From IMG/VR virus record IMGVR_UViG_3300002143_000235, positions 248,001 through 312,000 of that record: a stretch of 64,000 nt of DNA; one strand, 5' to 3'. The translations under genes and the position numbers were made by a program. A model generated the notes under the pieces. It did not search any database. It saw nothing but the letters and a program-made list of their open reading frames with translations, and had not been told where the DNA came from. Below, piece by piece: positions 1 to 10,800 of this stretch. Each line of letters opens with the position of its first letter. Within the stretch, counting starts at the first letter, position 1.

Positions 1-1
1 T

Positions 2-304
2 GTACTTGCGGTAATTCAATTACATAAGCGTTACATTAATAGTGGTCTTCTATATAACTATAATGTATTAGGTAATATTTCAGGTTTTGCTAAATATGTA
101 AGTAATTATGTTGAAGTTAATAGTGGCACATCACCAACTCCAACGGTTCATACTAAAAAGCTGAATTTTTATTTACAAGATGAGAATAGTCCACAACCGT
201 TCACATTTCAGTTAACATTTAATATTACACAATTTAAACCATTAGTTATTTCTCAAAGTCAAAGTAACACTATAATACAAGGTCTTTCTTTAGGTGGATT
301 CTAA
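2..304 (+). CDS. 3' end of a gene truncated by the window edge (possibly structural)
   Basis: Open frame from base 2 to TAA at 302-304 (...FQLTFNITQFKPLVISQSQSNTIIQGLSLGGF*). Confidence 0.6.
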   Translation, partial: VLAVIQLHKRYINSGLLYNYNVLGNISGFAKYVSNYVEVNSGTSPTPTVHTKKLNFYLQDENSPQPFTFQLTFNITQFKPLVISQSQSNTIIQGLSLGGF

Positions 305-374
305 TATTTAAGTAAAAAATTGCTAAAATTGAGAACTTTTTTCCATTTTTATTTTTATATGTGGAAAAAAGTTC

Positions 375-402
375 TATCTTTGTATTGTTCAATTAATAAT
401 TA
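375..402 (+). promoter_or_regulatory. Bacteroidota-type -7 promoter box plus conserved downstream leader motif
   Basis: TATCTTTG (TAnnTTTG) followed by GTTCAATTAATAATTA; same motif at 1153-1180, 7744-7771 (-), 41032-41069 (variant), 48171-48198. Confidence 0.75.
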
Positions 403-413
403 ATACAGAAAAT

Positions 414-1070
414 ATGAAAGCAATTATCGCAACACTTATTCTTACTTTGATTTCAACATTTACATCAGCACAGACCTTTGAAGCGACATTTGTTGACGGA
501 ACAGAGTATTCAAATTCATCTAATATAATTGATGTGTATGATTCATACACAGGATTAGATACATTTTTTGTATACTCTCATTCAACTTATCAGTTTTTTT
601 ATGAAGAAACATCACTTGGAACATCATTGTATACAATATCTGGTAGTTCAGTATTTTCATATGATGATACGAATACTACTGATTTTATTACTACAATTGA
701 AATTGACTTTTCATTAGTGCCCGTTGATTCTTCTTATATTTTAGATTTTCAATTTCCAGGTAACGGAAATTTACGATGTGTTATCAAAGTTATTGATGAT
801 ACAAACCTTGGAATCAACGAGACTTTTAAAGAAGATGTTCAGTTAAGTGTATTTCCTAATCCAGTTGTTGATTACGTGACTGTACGATTCAATACTGAGA
901 ACAATGATGTTCCGGTTTATGTTTACACACTTGGTGGTCAATTAGTTTATACAGACAATGCTTCTCGTTATACTGGAGCAAATGTTGTGACTGTTGACTT
1001 TAGCTCTTTCAATACAGGTATCTATCTTGTTAAAGTTGGTGGATCTACTTTCAAAGTGATCAAGAACTAA
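414..1070 (+). CDS. Secreted protein with T9SS type A C-terminal sorting domain
   Basis: Signal peptide ending SA-Q; C-terminus LSVFPNPVVDYVTV...VYTLGGQLV...GIYLVKV...FKVIK typical of Por secretion tail. Confidence 0.85.
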   Translation: MKAIIATLILTLISTFTSAQTFEATFVDGTEYSNSSNIIDVYDSYTGLDTFFVYSHSTYQFFYEETSLGTSLYTISGSSVFSYDDTNTTDFITTIEIDFSLVPVDSSYILDFQFPGNGNLRCVIKVIDDTNLGINETFKEDVQLSVFPNPVVDYVTVRFNTENNDVPVYVYTLGGQLVYTDNASRYTGANVVTVDFSSFNTGIYLVKVGGSTFKVIKN

Positions 1071-1090
1071 GATACAACAAAAGGCTTTTA

Positions 1091-1118
1091 AAAACTGAGT
1101 AATTTACTCAGTTTTTTT
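1091..1118 (+). terminator. Intrinsic terminator
   Basis: AAAACTGAGTAA/TTACTCAGTTTT hairpin plus T tract after stop at 1070. Confidence 0.7.
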
Positions 1119-1152
1119 TACTTCAAAAGTTAAACGTATGAATATTTTTACG

Positions 1153-1180
1153 TATATTTGTATTGTTCAATTAATAATTA
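1153..1180 (+). promoter_or_regulatory. TAnnTTTG promoter plus GTTCAATTAATAATTA motif
   Basis: TATATTTGTATTGTTCAATTAATAATTA immediately upstream of ATG 1187. Confidence 0.75.
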
Positions 1181-1186
1181 GAGACT

Positions 1187-1471
1187 ATGAAAAGCTGGAC
1201 CGTAACAGAATGTACGATTGGTGAGCTATTAGCTTGGTATACTGGAAATAACATTGAAGATCGTGAATTGATAACCGATTCATTTTTAAATCAATTTGAT
1301 GAAGAGCTTACTCAAGAACAAATGGGTTACTTATATGAAGATTTAGATAAAACAATCAAGATCACTACCAAAAATTTAGACAATGTGTATTTTAACACAT
1401 TTCAAATTCCAGGGCTTTATTGTTCATTTGATAGTATCTCAAAACCTGGTGTTGACCCTAACGAAGATTAA
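1187..1471 (+). CDS. Hypothetical phage protein
   Basis: ORF directly after promoter motif, first of a tightly packed run. Confidence 0.65.
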   Translation: MKSWTVTECTIGELLAWYTGNNIEDRELITDSFLNQFDEELTQEQMGYLYEDLDKTIKITTKNLDNVYFNTFQIPGLYCSFDSISKPGVDPNED

Positions 1472-1472
1472 G

Positions 1473-1925
1473 ATGGAAGTACTACTTAAGAAACTCGATT
1501 ATGAGAAGATCGAAATCAATTGGAACGAGAATCCTATTAAGATGGATTTGTTCTTGTCTTTTATTACAGTACCTGTAGAACGTAGCAGAGATCATTTAGG
1601 ATCTAGCAACGGGTGGACAAAGCTTTTCAATAAAGAGCACAAATTAATTATTTGTGGTGGTTGTATGCAAGGTGGAGAGTACATTGACCATCTAGAGTAT
1701 GGAGAGAAATTGCACAACCGATTCAACAATTGGGTGAATCCGTTCTTCTTGTTTCCAATTATGACACAAGAAGGTAAAGATTTTTTCTTGGACTATTACA
1801 AGAAAGAAATTACAGAAGTGATTCAGAAACAGAAGAATGTTGTTACCTATGCTAAAGCAAAGTTGAAAGCTGAGAAAGACGCACTTATTGAATTACAGGC
1901 GGCATTTGTTGAACTCAAAAAATAA
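1473..1925 (+). CDS. Hypothetical phage protein
   Basis: ORF track 1383..1925; likely start is ATG 1473 (MEVLLKK) just after the upstream stop. Confidence 0.6.
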   Translation: MEVLLKKLDYEKIEINWNENPIKMDLFLSFITVPVERSRDHLGSSNGWTKLFNKEHKLIICGGCMQGGEYIDHLEYGEKLHNRFNNWVNPFFLFPIMTQEGKDFFLDYYKKEITEVIQKQKNVVTYAKAKLKAEKDALIELQAAFVELKK

Positions 1926-2112
1926 TTTTAAATATGAAAATTAAGAATACTTACATCGTTTTTTATAGTTCTGGATACGGATTAGTAAAATTGTATGAAT
2001 GTCATAGTGAAAGTGAAATTTCAATTAAACGTAAATTTTATCTTGAATTAGGTCGAGGATTAACAGAAATTACTGAAAAAGAATTTAATAGGTTAACACA
2101 ATAACTATAATT

Positions 2113-2478
2113 ATGCAAGAACAAATAGTAAATTTTGAAACAGCTAAATTAGCAAAAGAACGAGGTTTTACTGAGTCTTGTTGGCAGTGGTACGACACCA
2201 TCGGTAATATCAAAGAACATAAATTTAGTACAACTAGCAATCGATATGACGATGAGCTAGCCGCTCCAACACAATCATTACTTCAAAAATGGTTAAGAGA
2301 AATACATGGTATTCATATAGATTTTCAGTATGATTTAGAATCTGATATGAAAACAATAAATGTTTCGTTTTCTGTTATAAACAATGAAGGATCTTTATAT
2401 AATGAGAAAAAAGAATATCTTAAATATGAAGAAGCTTTAGAAGAAGGATTACAACAAGCATTAGAATTAATTCATTAA
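2113..2478 (+). CDS. Conserved hypothetical protein of Bacteroidota phages
   Basis: VNFETAKLAKERGF...APTQSLLQKWLREIHGIHI...YEEALEEGLQQAL pattern recalled from flavobacterial phage proteins. Confidence 0.65.
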   Translation: MQEQIVNFETAKLAKERGFTESCWQWYDTIGNIKEHKFSTTSNRYDDELAAPTQSLLQKWLREIHGIHIDFQYDLESDMKTINVSFSVINNEGSLYNEKKEYLKYEEALEEGLQQALELIH

Positions 2479-2481
2479 ACA

Positions 2482-2991
2482 ATGCATTTACAACTCAAAA
2501 CAATTCGTGCATACATCCCATTCAAACCAACTGAAGAAATTCCTACATCATACGCACACACCGATTATAACACATATATTGATGAAAAGAAGAAATATGC
2601 ACTAGAACAGTTAATTGAGTTACCAGAAGTCACCAAAATGCTTGCAGTGTCAACTGGTATGACGTTTGATGAACTTGTTCAACTTATTATTGATGTATAT
2701 GATAAAGTAAAAGATAGCGATAGATTTACTATTTTGTATACACAATTGAACGATGTGATTGATTTTGTTTCAATGATGGGTTATGATGAAATTAAATCTG
2801 ATAGTGATGAAGCGTTTCATACTTATACACTATTGCGTTATAATTCTATATTGTGTATGTTTGATTTTTCATTGAAGAATTATATAGCATCATTAATTCA
2901 TGCTTTTTATATTAAATTAAAGTTTCCTACACCAGAAACAGAGCCAGCAAAGAAAGTTGTCATTCGACGCTTAAAAAAGAAAAAAATGTAA
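2482..2991 (+). CDS. Hypothetical protein
   Basis: ORF in co-directional run. Confidence 0.6.
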   Translation: MHLQLKTIRAYIPFKPTEEIPTSYAHTDYNTYIDEKKKYALEQLIELPEVTKMLAVSTGMTFDELVQLIIDVYDKVKDSDRFTILYTQLNDVIDFVSMMGYDEIKSDSDEAFHTYTLLRYNSILCMFDFSLKNYIASLIHAFYIKLKFPTPETEPAKKVVIRRLKKKKM

Positions 2992-3014
2992 AATAATTTA
3001 CGTATATTCGTATC

Positions 3015-3350
3015 ATGGAAACATTTAATGAATACCTAGACGTTGCCGTCAATAATCTTTTAGAGATAGCTGTAGAACAACCTGAAATAATTCGTAACAT
3101 TGTAAATAATGATATTAATATTACGTATGATGAGTTTGTAATTATGTTACATAAACTAATTATTGAATTTCATGATAATCCAGAATGGACTAATCATTAT
3201 AATAAAATGATTAGAGCAATCCAATTACTTAATTCTTTTGGACAACCAGATGTGGCTGAAAAACTTTTTGATTCTTTTGGTGCTAAAATATTAGGAGAAC
3301 TTTGTACACAAATTACAAAAACTCTTTTAAAACCTGCAACTGTTAATTAA
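3015..3350 (+). CDS. Hypothetical protein
   Basis: ORF preceded by TATATTCG promoter-like box. Confidence 0.6.
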   Translation: METFNEYLDVAVNNLLEIAVEQPEIIRNIVNNDINITYDEFVIMLHKLIIEFHDNPEWTNHYNKMIRAIQLLNSFGQPDVAEKLFDSFGAKILGELCTQITKTLLKPATVN

Positions 3351-3470
3351 AAAATAATTTATTTCACTACTTATCAGACCGTTACATATTTTTTAAAATA
3401 TATTTTATCAATTATATTTTTTAATCAAAAAAAAGAATTATATATTCGCTTTCATTAACAAACTTTAATT

Positions 3471-3917
3471 ATGACAATAACTGATTTCAAAGCCGACATT
3501 CAAGCACAAACTGTTACTGCTATGAAAGAAAAGAACCAACTTCGTGTTGAAACACTTCGATCAATCACTAATTCTATTACAGTGCAGGAGAAAAAAACTC
3601 CAGGAAAAGATATTAATCATATTGATATCTTGTCAACTATGTCAAAACAACGTACACAATCCATTGATGCATATACTGCTGGAGGAAATATTGAAGCAGC
3701 AGACAAAGAACGTCAAGAACTTGTTATCTTACAAGAGTTCTTACCTAAAACAATGAGTGATACAGAACTTGTATTAGCACTTAACGAAGTTGTAAATTCA
3801 ATCACACCGGTTCCAACCATCAAAGAGATGGGTAAAGTTGTTGCAACATTCCGTACAATGTATCCAGGTCAAGATATGGGTAAAGTATCAGGCATGGTTA
3901 AAACAATCCTTGCATAA
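3471..3917 (+). CDS. GatB/YqeY domain protein
   Basis: AMKEKNQLRVETLR...KQRTQSIDAYTAGG...E..IL.EFLPK.MS..E...KEMGKV YqeY signature. Confidence 0.9.
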   Translation: MTITDFKADIQAQTVTAMKEKNQLRVETLRSITNSITVQEKKTPGKDINHIDILSTMSKQRTQSIDAYTAGGNIEAADKERQELVILQEFLPKTMSDTELVLALNEVVNSITPVPTIKEMGKVVATFRTMYPGQDMGKVSGMVKTILA

Positions 3918-4663
3918 TGACAGATATCAACAACAAAGGTGAATTTTATTCATCTATGGTCAGACTACATAAAAAATGCGGTCAGGGAACTTCTGGAATT
4001 GTACGTATGAATGTACAGTACAATTCCTATATGGATGAATTGATTGAAGAAGGTTTGATGACTGTTACACATAGCGGTGGATCAATTGGACATCCAGAAT
4101 CAAACCAATGGTATGTACCTACAGGTGTTTACAATGTATGGCAAGATGAAGGCACTGATGGTGAATATCAAAAATTTAAAGGACGCTATTTGCGTTTTGT
4201 GCGTTTCTTTTTAGGTATTCTTGAAGCTGAAGAGACAAGAACGATGTTAAGTTCTCCAGAATTCATGCAGAAATACGCTGAGTGGTTGGAACGTAACAAG
4301 GAAGCTCTTGATACAATGATTAATCAAGACGAAGCATATCCTGGTTCAACTGTTTTATCTAATGATGTCATTCAATGGGCAATGGAAAAAAAATGGTATG
4401 AAGAAAATTTACCAATTAAAACATGTTACAAACAATCTGTTGAAGGAATGAATAGTACTGATCAACAAATCATCTCAATGACTAATGAACTAATTGATTT
4501 GTACAAGAAAAGTGGTAAACCAGAACACATAGAACAAATTACTGAAGCTGAACAAGAAATTTTACAAATGCAAGGTAATCGTAAAAAAATACATATTTGG
4601 TTTGAAATGCAGGACCAAGAACTATTGATTCAAGATGCGTTTGCAACACTTACATCAGCATAA
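3917..4663 (+). CDS. Hypothetical protein
   Basis: 248-aa ORF coupled (TAATG) to the yqeY-like gene. Confidence 0.7.
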   Translation: MTDINNKGEFYSSMVRLHKKCGQGTSGIVRMNVQYNSYMDELIEEGLMTVTHSGGSIGHPESNQWYVPTGVYNVWQDEGTDGEYQKFKGRYLRFVRFFLGILEAEETRTMLSSPEFMQKYAEWLERNKEALDTMINQDEAYPGSTVLSNDVIQWAMEKKWYEENLPIKTCYKQSVEGMNSTDQQIISMTNELIDLYKKSGKPEHIEQITEAEQEILQMQGNRKKIHIWFEMQDQELLIQDAFATLTSA

Positions 4664-4673
4664 ATTTTATACC

Positions 4674-4705
4674 TTTTGCCTGGACCTAATTAGGTCCAGG
4701 CAAAA
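4674..4705. repeat. Perfect 32-bp palindrome (terminator or binding site)
   Basis: TTTTGCCTGGACCTAATTAGGTCCAGGCAAAA equals its own reverse complement. Confidence 0.85.
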
Positions 4706-4789
4706 AATCAAATCACTATTCTCTTTTTGGAAGATTTCTGCTGGTGATATTACAGGTTCGATTCCTGTCTTCTGTCTAAAAATTAATAA

Positions 4790-5221
4790 ATGTATAAATA
4801 TAACAGCCTACAAATATTTCTAAACGAGGAACGACAAAAAACACAAGACTTACTAATCGACAACAGCAACCACACCCGAATTACTGCTGAAATATTTGGA
4901 TTATCTTTTAATGAATTTGTATCCAAATTTCTTACTGTAATTGATACTGCTCAACACAACAAAGAATTATGTGAAACATTTCATAAAATGAATGAATTAC
5001 ATGAAATGTTTGAAGATGAAGATAATAATATTCGTCAAATTGTTTTATCTGAAACAAACACGTTGGAAATTGCCTTGAATTTATTTAAAATGAAATCACG
5101 TCAACTTATTTGGAATTCTTTTGTTAGTATTACAAAAATAAACAATGATGTCTTTATAGATGAACGTCAAGATGATATTGCTACAATTATTAAATTTTGG
5201 AACGACTGGAAGACTTTTTAA
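4790..5221 (+). CDS. Hypothetical protein
   Basis: 143-aa ORF. Confidence 0.6.
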   Translation: MYKYNSLQIFLNEERQKTQDLLIDNSNHTRITAEIFGLSFNEFVSKFLTVIDTAQHNKELCETFHKMNELHEMFEDEDNNIRQIVLSETNTLEIALNLFKMKSRQLIWNSFVSITKINNDVFIDERQDDIATIIKFWNDWKTF

Positions 5222-5258
5222 ATTTTTAAAACACTATATAAAAGAAAATTCTTGAACT

Positions 5259-5642
5259 ATGTTCACAAAAATATCTGGCTATAAATTATCATTAAAAGAA
5301 AATTTTGATTCAATTTTTAAAAGAACTGAGCAGGAAAAAATTGATTATCTTTTATCAAATACATCGACAAATGATTTATTATCTTTAAAGCAACAATTAA
5401 AAAATGAATTAAATTTTGATTTTGTTTTTGAAAATTATGCTAAAGATGAATACGGTCAAAAACATTTAGTTATATATGGATCAACTGCTGAAAGTATTGC
5501 TGAAAATGATAAATTATGTGAAATAGTCAATGTATGGGAAAAACAAAAAGGATTGACACAGACGATAGAATATAGTGGTAAACCAGATGAAGATGAATAC
5601 GAGTATATTGCAATTCGAATTAATCTTTTTCTTATAAAATAA
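5259..5642 (+). CDS. Putative internal head protein with capsid-targeting-like N-terminus
   Basis: Starts MFTKISGYKLSLKE; TATATA upstream at 5235. Confidence 0.55.
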   Translation: MFTKISGYKLSLKENFDSIFKRTEQEKIDYLLSNTSTNDLLSLKQQLKNELNFDFVFENYAKDEYGQKHLVIYGSTAESIAENDKLCEIVNVWEKQKGLTQTIEYSGKPDEDEYEYIAIRINLFLIK

Positions 5643-5654
5643 AAAAATATTTTT

Positions 5655-6248
5655 ATGTACACAAAAATATCTGACTTTAAAAAGTCACAATTGAATGAAT
5701 CTTTTGGTTCTAATTATACAAATCATCCAATGTCAAATCATGTCATAACAGTTGATGATGCTAAAGCTTTATATGCTTTAGAAGAAAGAGATTTAGGACT
5801 TAATGGTGATAATCTCGATATGGATTTTAATGAATTCTGTGAAGACATCGTTGGAGAAACTTTATCAAATTATGCTACATGGAGATGGCCAGACGAACCG
5901 CAACAACAATTTGATATGGCACTTGAAGTATTAGGTAATAGAATGCATGAATCAAAAAAAATAATTGTTGAAGCACTCGATCGTACTCAAGTATTTAGAC
6001 CGAGTATAGGTATGACTGTTGAAGACATAGCTGAAAATCTTTATGAAATTATTCAAGATGAATATTCTTCTGAAAATGATATTTCAGGTGTTAATGCAAT
6101 AATTTCAAAATTGACTCCAGAAATATGTCAATATTATGTTGATACAGCAATATACGAGGGTGGTGATGATGATGATGAAGAATATAGTCGAATTTATAAT
6201 GTTAAACTTGAAATATTAAAAGAATTGGGTATTGATGTAGAAGATTGA
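5655..6248 (+). CDS. Putative internal head protein with capsid-targeting-like N-terminus
   Basis: Starts MYTKISDFKKSQLNE; acidic body. Confidence 0.55.
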   Translation: MYTKISDFKKSQLNESFGSNYTNHPMSNHVITVDDAKALYALEERDLGLNGDNLDMDFNEFCEDIVGETLSNYATWRWPDEPQQQFDMALEVLGNRMHESKKIIVEALDRTQVFRPSIGMTVEDIAENLYEIIQDEYSSENDISGVNAIISKLTPEICQYYVDTAIYEGGDDDDEEYSRIYNVKLEILKELGIDVED

Positions 6249-6265
6249 ATTAATCTTTTTTTTAT

Positions 6266-6306
6266 AAAATCAAAAAGACCTCATAATGTGAGGTCTTTTT
6301 GATTTT
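6266..6306. terminator. Bidirectional intrinsic terminator
   Basis: AAAATCAAAAAGACCTCA / TGAGGTCTTTTTGATTTT inverted repeat between convergent genes. Confidence 0.85.
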
Positions 6307-6317
6307 GAATCTTTTCA

Positions 6318-6614
6318 TTATTTAGTACGATGCTTTTGGATTTTTCGAAGCTCTAAACATAAATCTAATGCATCATTGTATAGATCATCCATTGGCCAAT
6401 TTTCAACAGAACCATCTGAATTAATATCTATTCGAATAGTGCCATAAATAAAATAATAACCAGTTAACTCTTGTTCAGCAATATCTAAACGAACACGAAG
6501 TGCTTCTACATTATTGTTTACCAAACCTATAAACTCATCATCTGTGTTGAAAAGTTTTATTTGTGCCGGTGTGTACTGTCTAATCCTGATAGGATCATTG
6601 TTTGTATTTTTCAT
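6318..6614 (-). CDS. Hypothetical protein
   Basis: Overlaps stop of the upstream minus-strand gene by 4 nt. Confidence 0.65.
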   Translation of the reverse strand: MKNTNNDPIRIRQYTPAQIKLFNTDDEFIGLVNNNVEALRVRLDIAEQELTGYYFIYGTIRIDINSDGSVENWPMDDLYNDALDLCLELRKIQKHRTK

Positions 6615-7303
6615 ATTATTTTTTTATAGTGTAACAATTTATTTCTTACTTCAACACCATCTCTATGGTATTTACGTATTGGTAAAAGCGGATTTGGTGT
6701 ATTATTGTCATCCATAATTTCGATTGGTGTGAATGAGATCCGAACGAATGTACGTTTAGTTCCATCAGGAATTTGTGTACGTCGGTGAACAATGTATGGA
6801 TCCAATACATACAACATATTAGGTTCAGCAACTTTGATATCACTAGGAATGATATGATCATTGAAAAACAAATGAACATTATGCATGTCTGGATTGAAAT
6901 CATTTGGAAAATCAAATGCACGTTCTACGTACTCTGTAGGATAACAATCACTAATGATATAGTTTTGCTCAGGAAGATGTGAAATAGTTGTTGAGAATCC
7001 ATCTGTATGCCACATATCATCATTTTCTGAACGTACAATTCCGTGTCGAACAGTTATGTAGCAAAATGGTTGGCGAATTCCCATTGCATTTTGCATATCG
7101 ACAGCATCCATAATCATATCACTTAACCATTCAAGCTCGGTAGGAATTTTAAAATCCTGGTGTGGAACTTTAACAATCATACGTAAAATGTACTGATCGT
7201 CATATGGACACTCAAATTTATATTTTTCTAATTTGACAATTTTGTTTGCGTCCTTAAACGGTTTAAGACTTAACATTTGTCTTGCTCTTTCGTCTAATGT
7301 CAT
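6611..7303 (-). CDS. 2OG-Fe(II) dioxygenase-like protein
   Basis: WHTDG (HxD), distal H (IVHRR) and RTFVRISF substrate-binding strand. Confidence 0.7.
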   Translation of the reverse strand: MTLDERARQMLSLKPFKDANKIVKLEKYKFECPYDDQYILRMIVKVPHQDFKIPTELEWLSDMIMDAVDMQNAMGIRQPFCYITVRHGIVRSENDDMWHTDGFSTTISHLPEQNYIISDCYPTEYVERAFDFPNDFNPDMHNVHLFFNDHIIPSDIKVAEPNMLYVLDPYIVHRRTQIPDGTKRTFVRISFTPIEIMDDNNTPNPLLPIRKYHRDGVEVRNKLLHYKKII

Positions 7304-7349
7304 AACTTATTGTTTTGGAGATTTGTAAATAAGAAATTTTTTTTTATTA

Positions 7350-7559
7350 CTATGCTCTATATACTTTTTGAATAAAGAATTCATTGTAATAAAGTTCACC
7401 TTTTTTAGCTCTTTTTTCAAGCTCGTCTTCGGCTTCTTTTTCAGAATCACATGAATATATTTCGACTAACATAACATCTTTATCTGATATGTCTGATTCG
7501 TCTCCTCTTAAAATAAATTCAACATCAATTAGTGCGAATATTACATATACCTTTTTCAT
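7350..7559 (-). CDS. Small hypothetical protein
   Basis: ORF track 7350..7592; likely start MKKVYVIF. Confidence 0.5.
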   Translation of the reverse strand: MKKVYVIFALIDVEFILRGDESDISDKDVMLVEIYSCDSEKEAEDELEKRAKKGELYYNEFFIQKVYRA

Positions 7560-7743
7560 ATTAAATTTAAAATTTTGAAGTAAATCTTTCAATGAATTGT
7601 TCTTTTGTAATTTCTGTTACATCATATGAATAAAGAACATAAAAACGCTTAGTACAATTCGGACCGTGATGTCCAAGGCTTTTCATTTTTGTCAAAATTT
7701 CACTTGGACTTAAATTTTCTGGATTATTGTAAAATATCATATG

Positions 7744-7771
7744 TAATTATTAATTGAACATTACAAATATA
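7744..7771 (-). promoter_or_regulatory. TAnnTTTG promoter plus GTTCAATTAATAATTA motif (minus strand)
   Basis: Reverse complement reads TATATTTGTAATGTTCAATTAATAATTA, driving the minus-strand run. Confidence 0.75.
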
Positions 7772-7832
7772 GTAAAAAAAATGATCCGTGGTATTTTTTT
7801 AGATAAAAAACTTTCTGTTCGATATATACAGT

Positions 7833-10800
7833 ATGACTACAGGATCTATCTCTTTATTACGTGCTAATGTTGCATTAACTACCAATGTGAAGCTCATGGT
7901 TGATTCCAAATATAATTTGTACCTTGAGAGCTACTCATCTAATACAGAGCTATCAGATCGTAAGTATAAGAAGTTTCAGATTGGTCCGGATGTGTTTATC
8001 TCTGAACGCTACGCTAAGTTCTACCAGGGACTTCCAGCTGATCTTGCTTTTGCTGTAAAGAATGATGTGAAGTCAGACAGCATCCAGTCAATGTATGGAA
8101 ATCAGTTTGATGATATTTATTATTCAGGACCTAGAAATGTTGAGGACAACCGATACATTGAAGAATTTCAATACAATACAACATTAAGAATCAATCCAAC
8201 AAAGCTTCCAAAATATTTCTTCATCTTCCGTAAAGATGAACCAGGATTATTAGATTTGAATCGTTCTAATGCCTCGAATTTTTTACACGATCTCAAATGT
8301 GTTAATGTTGTTGATTTAACACCAAAGACAACAATTGGTCAATTATGGAAAAAGAATTATATTGATGATGATGTAATCCCAGCTTCGCCGTTCGAATTAA
8401 ATTTAAATACAGATGAATTTAGTCAATGGAATGGATACGATTATACTTCAGGTGGAACTGTTTCGAAATCGTTTTTACTTGATGATTTCATGCAAAATCA
8501 ATTGTCTGACTTTGAATTTGAATCATACCTTACAGACGGATTCAGAAAAAATGGTGTAATTGCATCAAATTATGCAAATATCTCTTACCTTTTTGATGAT
8601 ACTGTATCTGGTATTTTCATTCAATCAACACTGGGTGATGAGCATCGTTACTATGAAGACGAGTACCCATTTATATTTCAATTAATTAGATCTAATAAAA
8701 TTACATCAAATCAGTATACAAAAAGTATAGATACTTCAGGTGTTGTTGGTCGTATTTACTACACATTTAATATACATATACCATATAGAAAAAAATGGAC
8801 AATCAATCGTTATACAGGTTATTATGTTGATGATTTAAAACGTGTTGCACAATTATCATCTTACATGGGTGGTGTATTTGTCGATGATGCTGCAATAGAG
8901 ATCATTGATAATACTTTTATGAAATATGATTCAGGATTAGGTGAATATGTTTCAGTTTCTCCATTAGTTAATGCATTTGTAGATACACTACCAATTCACT
9001 TTAAGATTGGTGAAGTATTTCATCTAGTTGAAAAAGATGGAAACAATTATAGATTAGTTTCAGAGAATTCGATTAATGGTAACATGCTTGCGTTAAAATC
9101 TACTGGTACACAATCTATTAAGATTGATTTTGAAGATTTTGGCTCTGGTGAATTCAAGAGTGTTTTAAAAAATGTAGATAATACATATTATTACAATAAA
9201 GATTTTACAATATACCGCGATGGTATATGTGTAATTAAGCTGCTTGATACATATTATACATTACATATTGATTATTCCAACCAACAAGTTTACATCAATA
9301 CAGATGAATACATTACATGTGATAGTAACGTTCTTGTACGTCAATTAGGTGAAGGTGTAAAGCGATTTGATAATTTACAAGTAATTACAAAAGATAATGC
9401 TATTGAATACTTTGAAGTTTTCTTTTTACAATTTACAGACATTGCTGATTGGGATTTTAATCATACAGATACAGATCACACAAAGATTGAATATGATACA
9501 GATAATGCTATCAATTACAATCGTCCATTTGTGCATGCTTTAGATATCAAGGATCTTGCATTGCCTGTTGATTTACAGTACGAGAAAGATTACAACATTG
9601 TTGAACCAGGCGGTACACCAGTTATTAATTCACCATTTATATTTCCTGTAGCATCTGAGTATGCTGCAACTGGTGACTTGTACATGTTAGATAATATTAA
9701 TAAATTGACACGTATTTGGAATATTAATCAGAGTGTAAATAAATTTGGTCTTAGTGGATCAGTTGGTCCAAACAGTGTACCATATAAAATCAATAATAAC
9801 TTAACTGTTTGGGGACAATTAAATTTAAATCCTAACATGTATAGTGCTTCAAAGAGTATTAGTGATTCAAATCTTGATTGGTTTTATACATTTGGAAGAC
9901 CAATCGATTACATAGATTATGATTCACTTGAAGCATATGATTTATCATATAATCCACATATTATTCAACGTACATTAAATATTGATACACCTCGAACAGT
10001 AAACATTACTGGTGCATCAACAACAGTTCAGAATAATTTACGATTTAATTATAGATTTGATTTAGAATACTATAAACGACAATCAACAACGTTTGATTAT
10101 TTTTCATACATGATGGATATGCCGGTTTCATTAGATTCAAATGGTTTATTTGAATTTGATAAACGCATGACTACACGTGCTGCTGTTCTTTATCCAAATG
10201 ATGGTGTTAATGGTCCAAGATTGTATTTACGCGGAATGTGTGCTTATTTAGAGTATGTAACATTAGCTAATCCAAATATCTGTTCCGAAGGTGTTACGCC
10301 TCGTCCAGCAGATGATTTGAGTGGTTATCGTTTTGGAACGGTATTTGCACCAAAATATACAGAAGATGTTGCTCTTTGGGGTAAATCTGGTATTGATATT
10401 GTATTGAATAAAAAATTTAAAAACATACTTATTCACATTTATATTTATGTGCCGATCAATTCATATACATCACTTGATTATAGACGACGTGATGTAAATT
10501 ATAATGAAGATCATGTCATGTATAGTTATTTTGATGCAACAATTAATGATATGGTATTTACTGCATCAGAGCTTGCCACAGCTGATTTGACGCTGAATAA
10601 TTTTTTAAATATTCTCAATAAATGCGAACTCGATTCAACTATTTTTACACTTGGTATTAATTATCAAGTATTGGATACAGTTCAGTCTGTTGGTTATTTA
10701 ATAATTAACGCTTATGAAGATCCTTTGGATACAACACGTCTTTTTATTGAATTTGAAAGTGAACCAAATCTTAAGGAACACGATTGGATGTATTTTGAAT

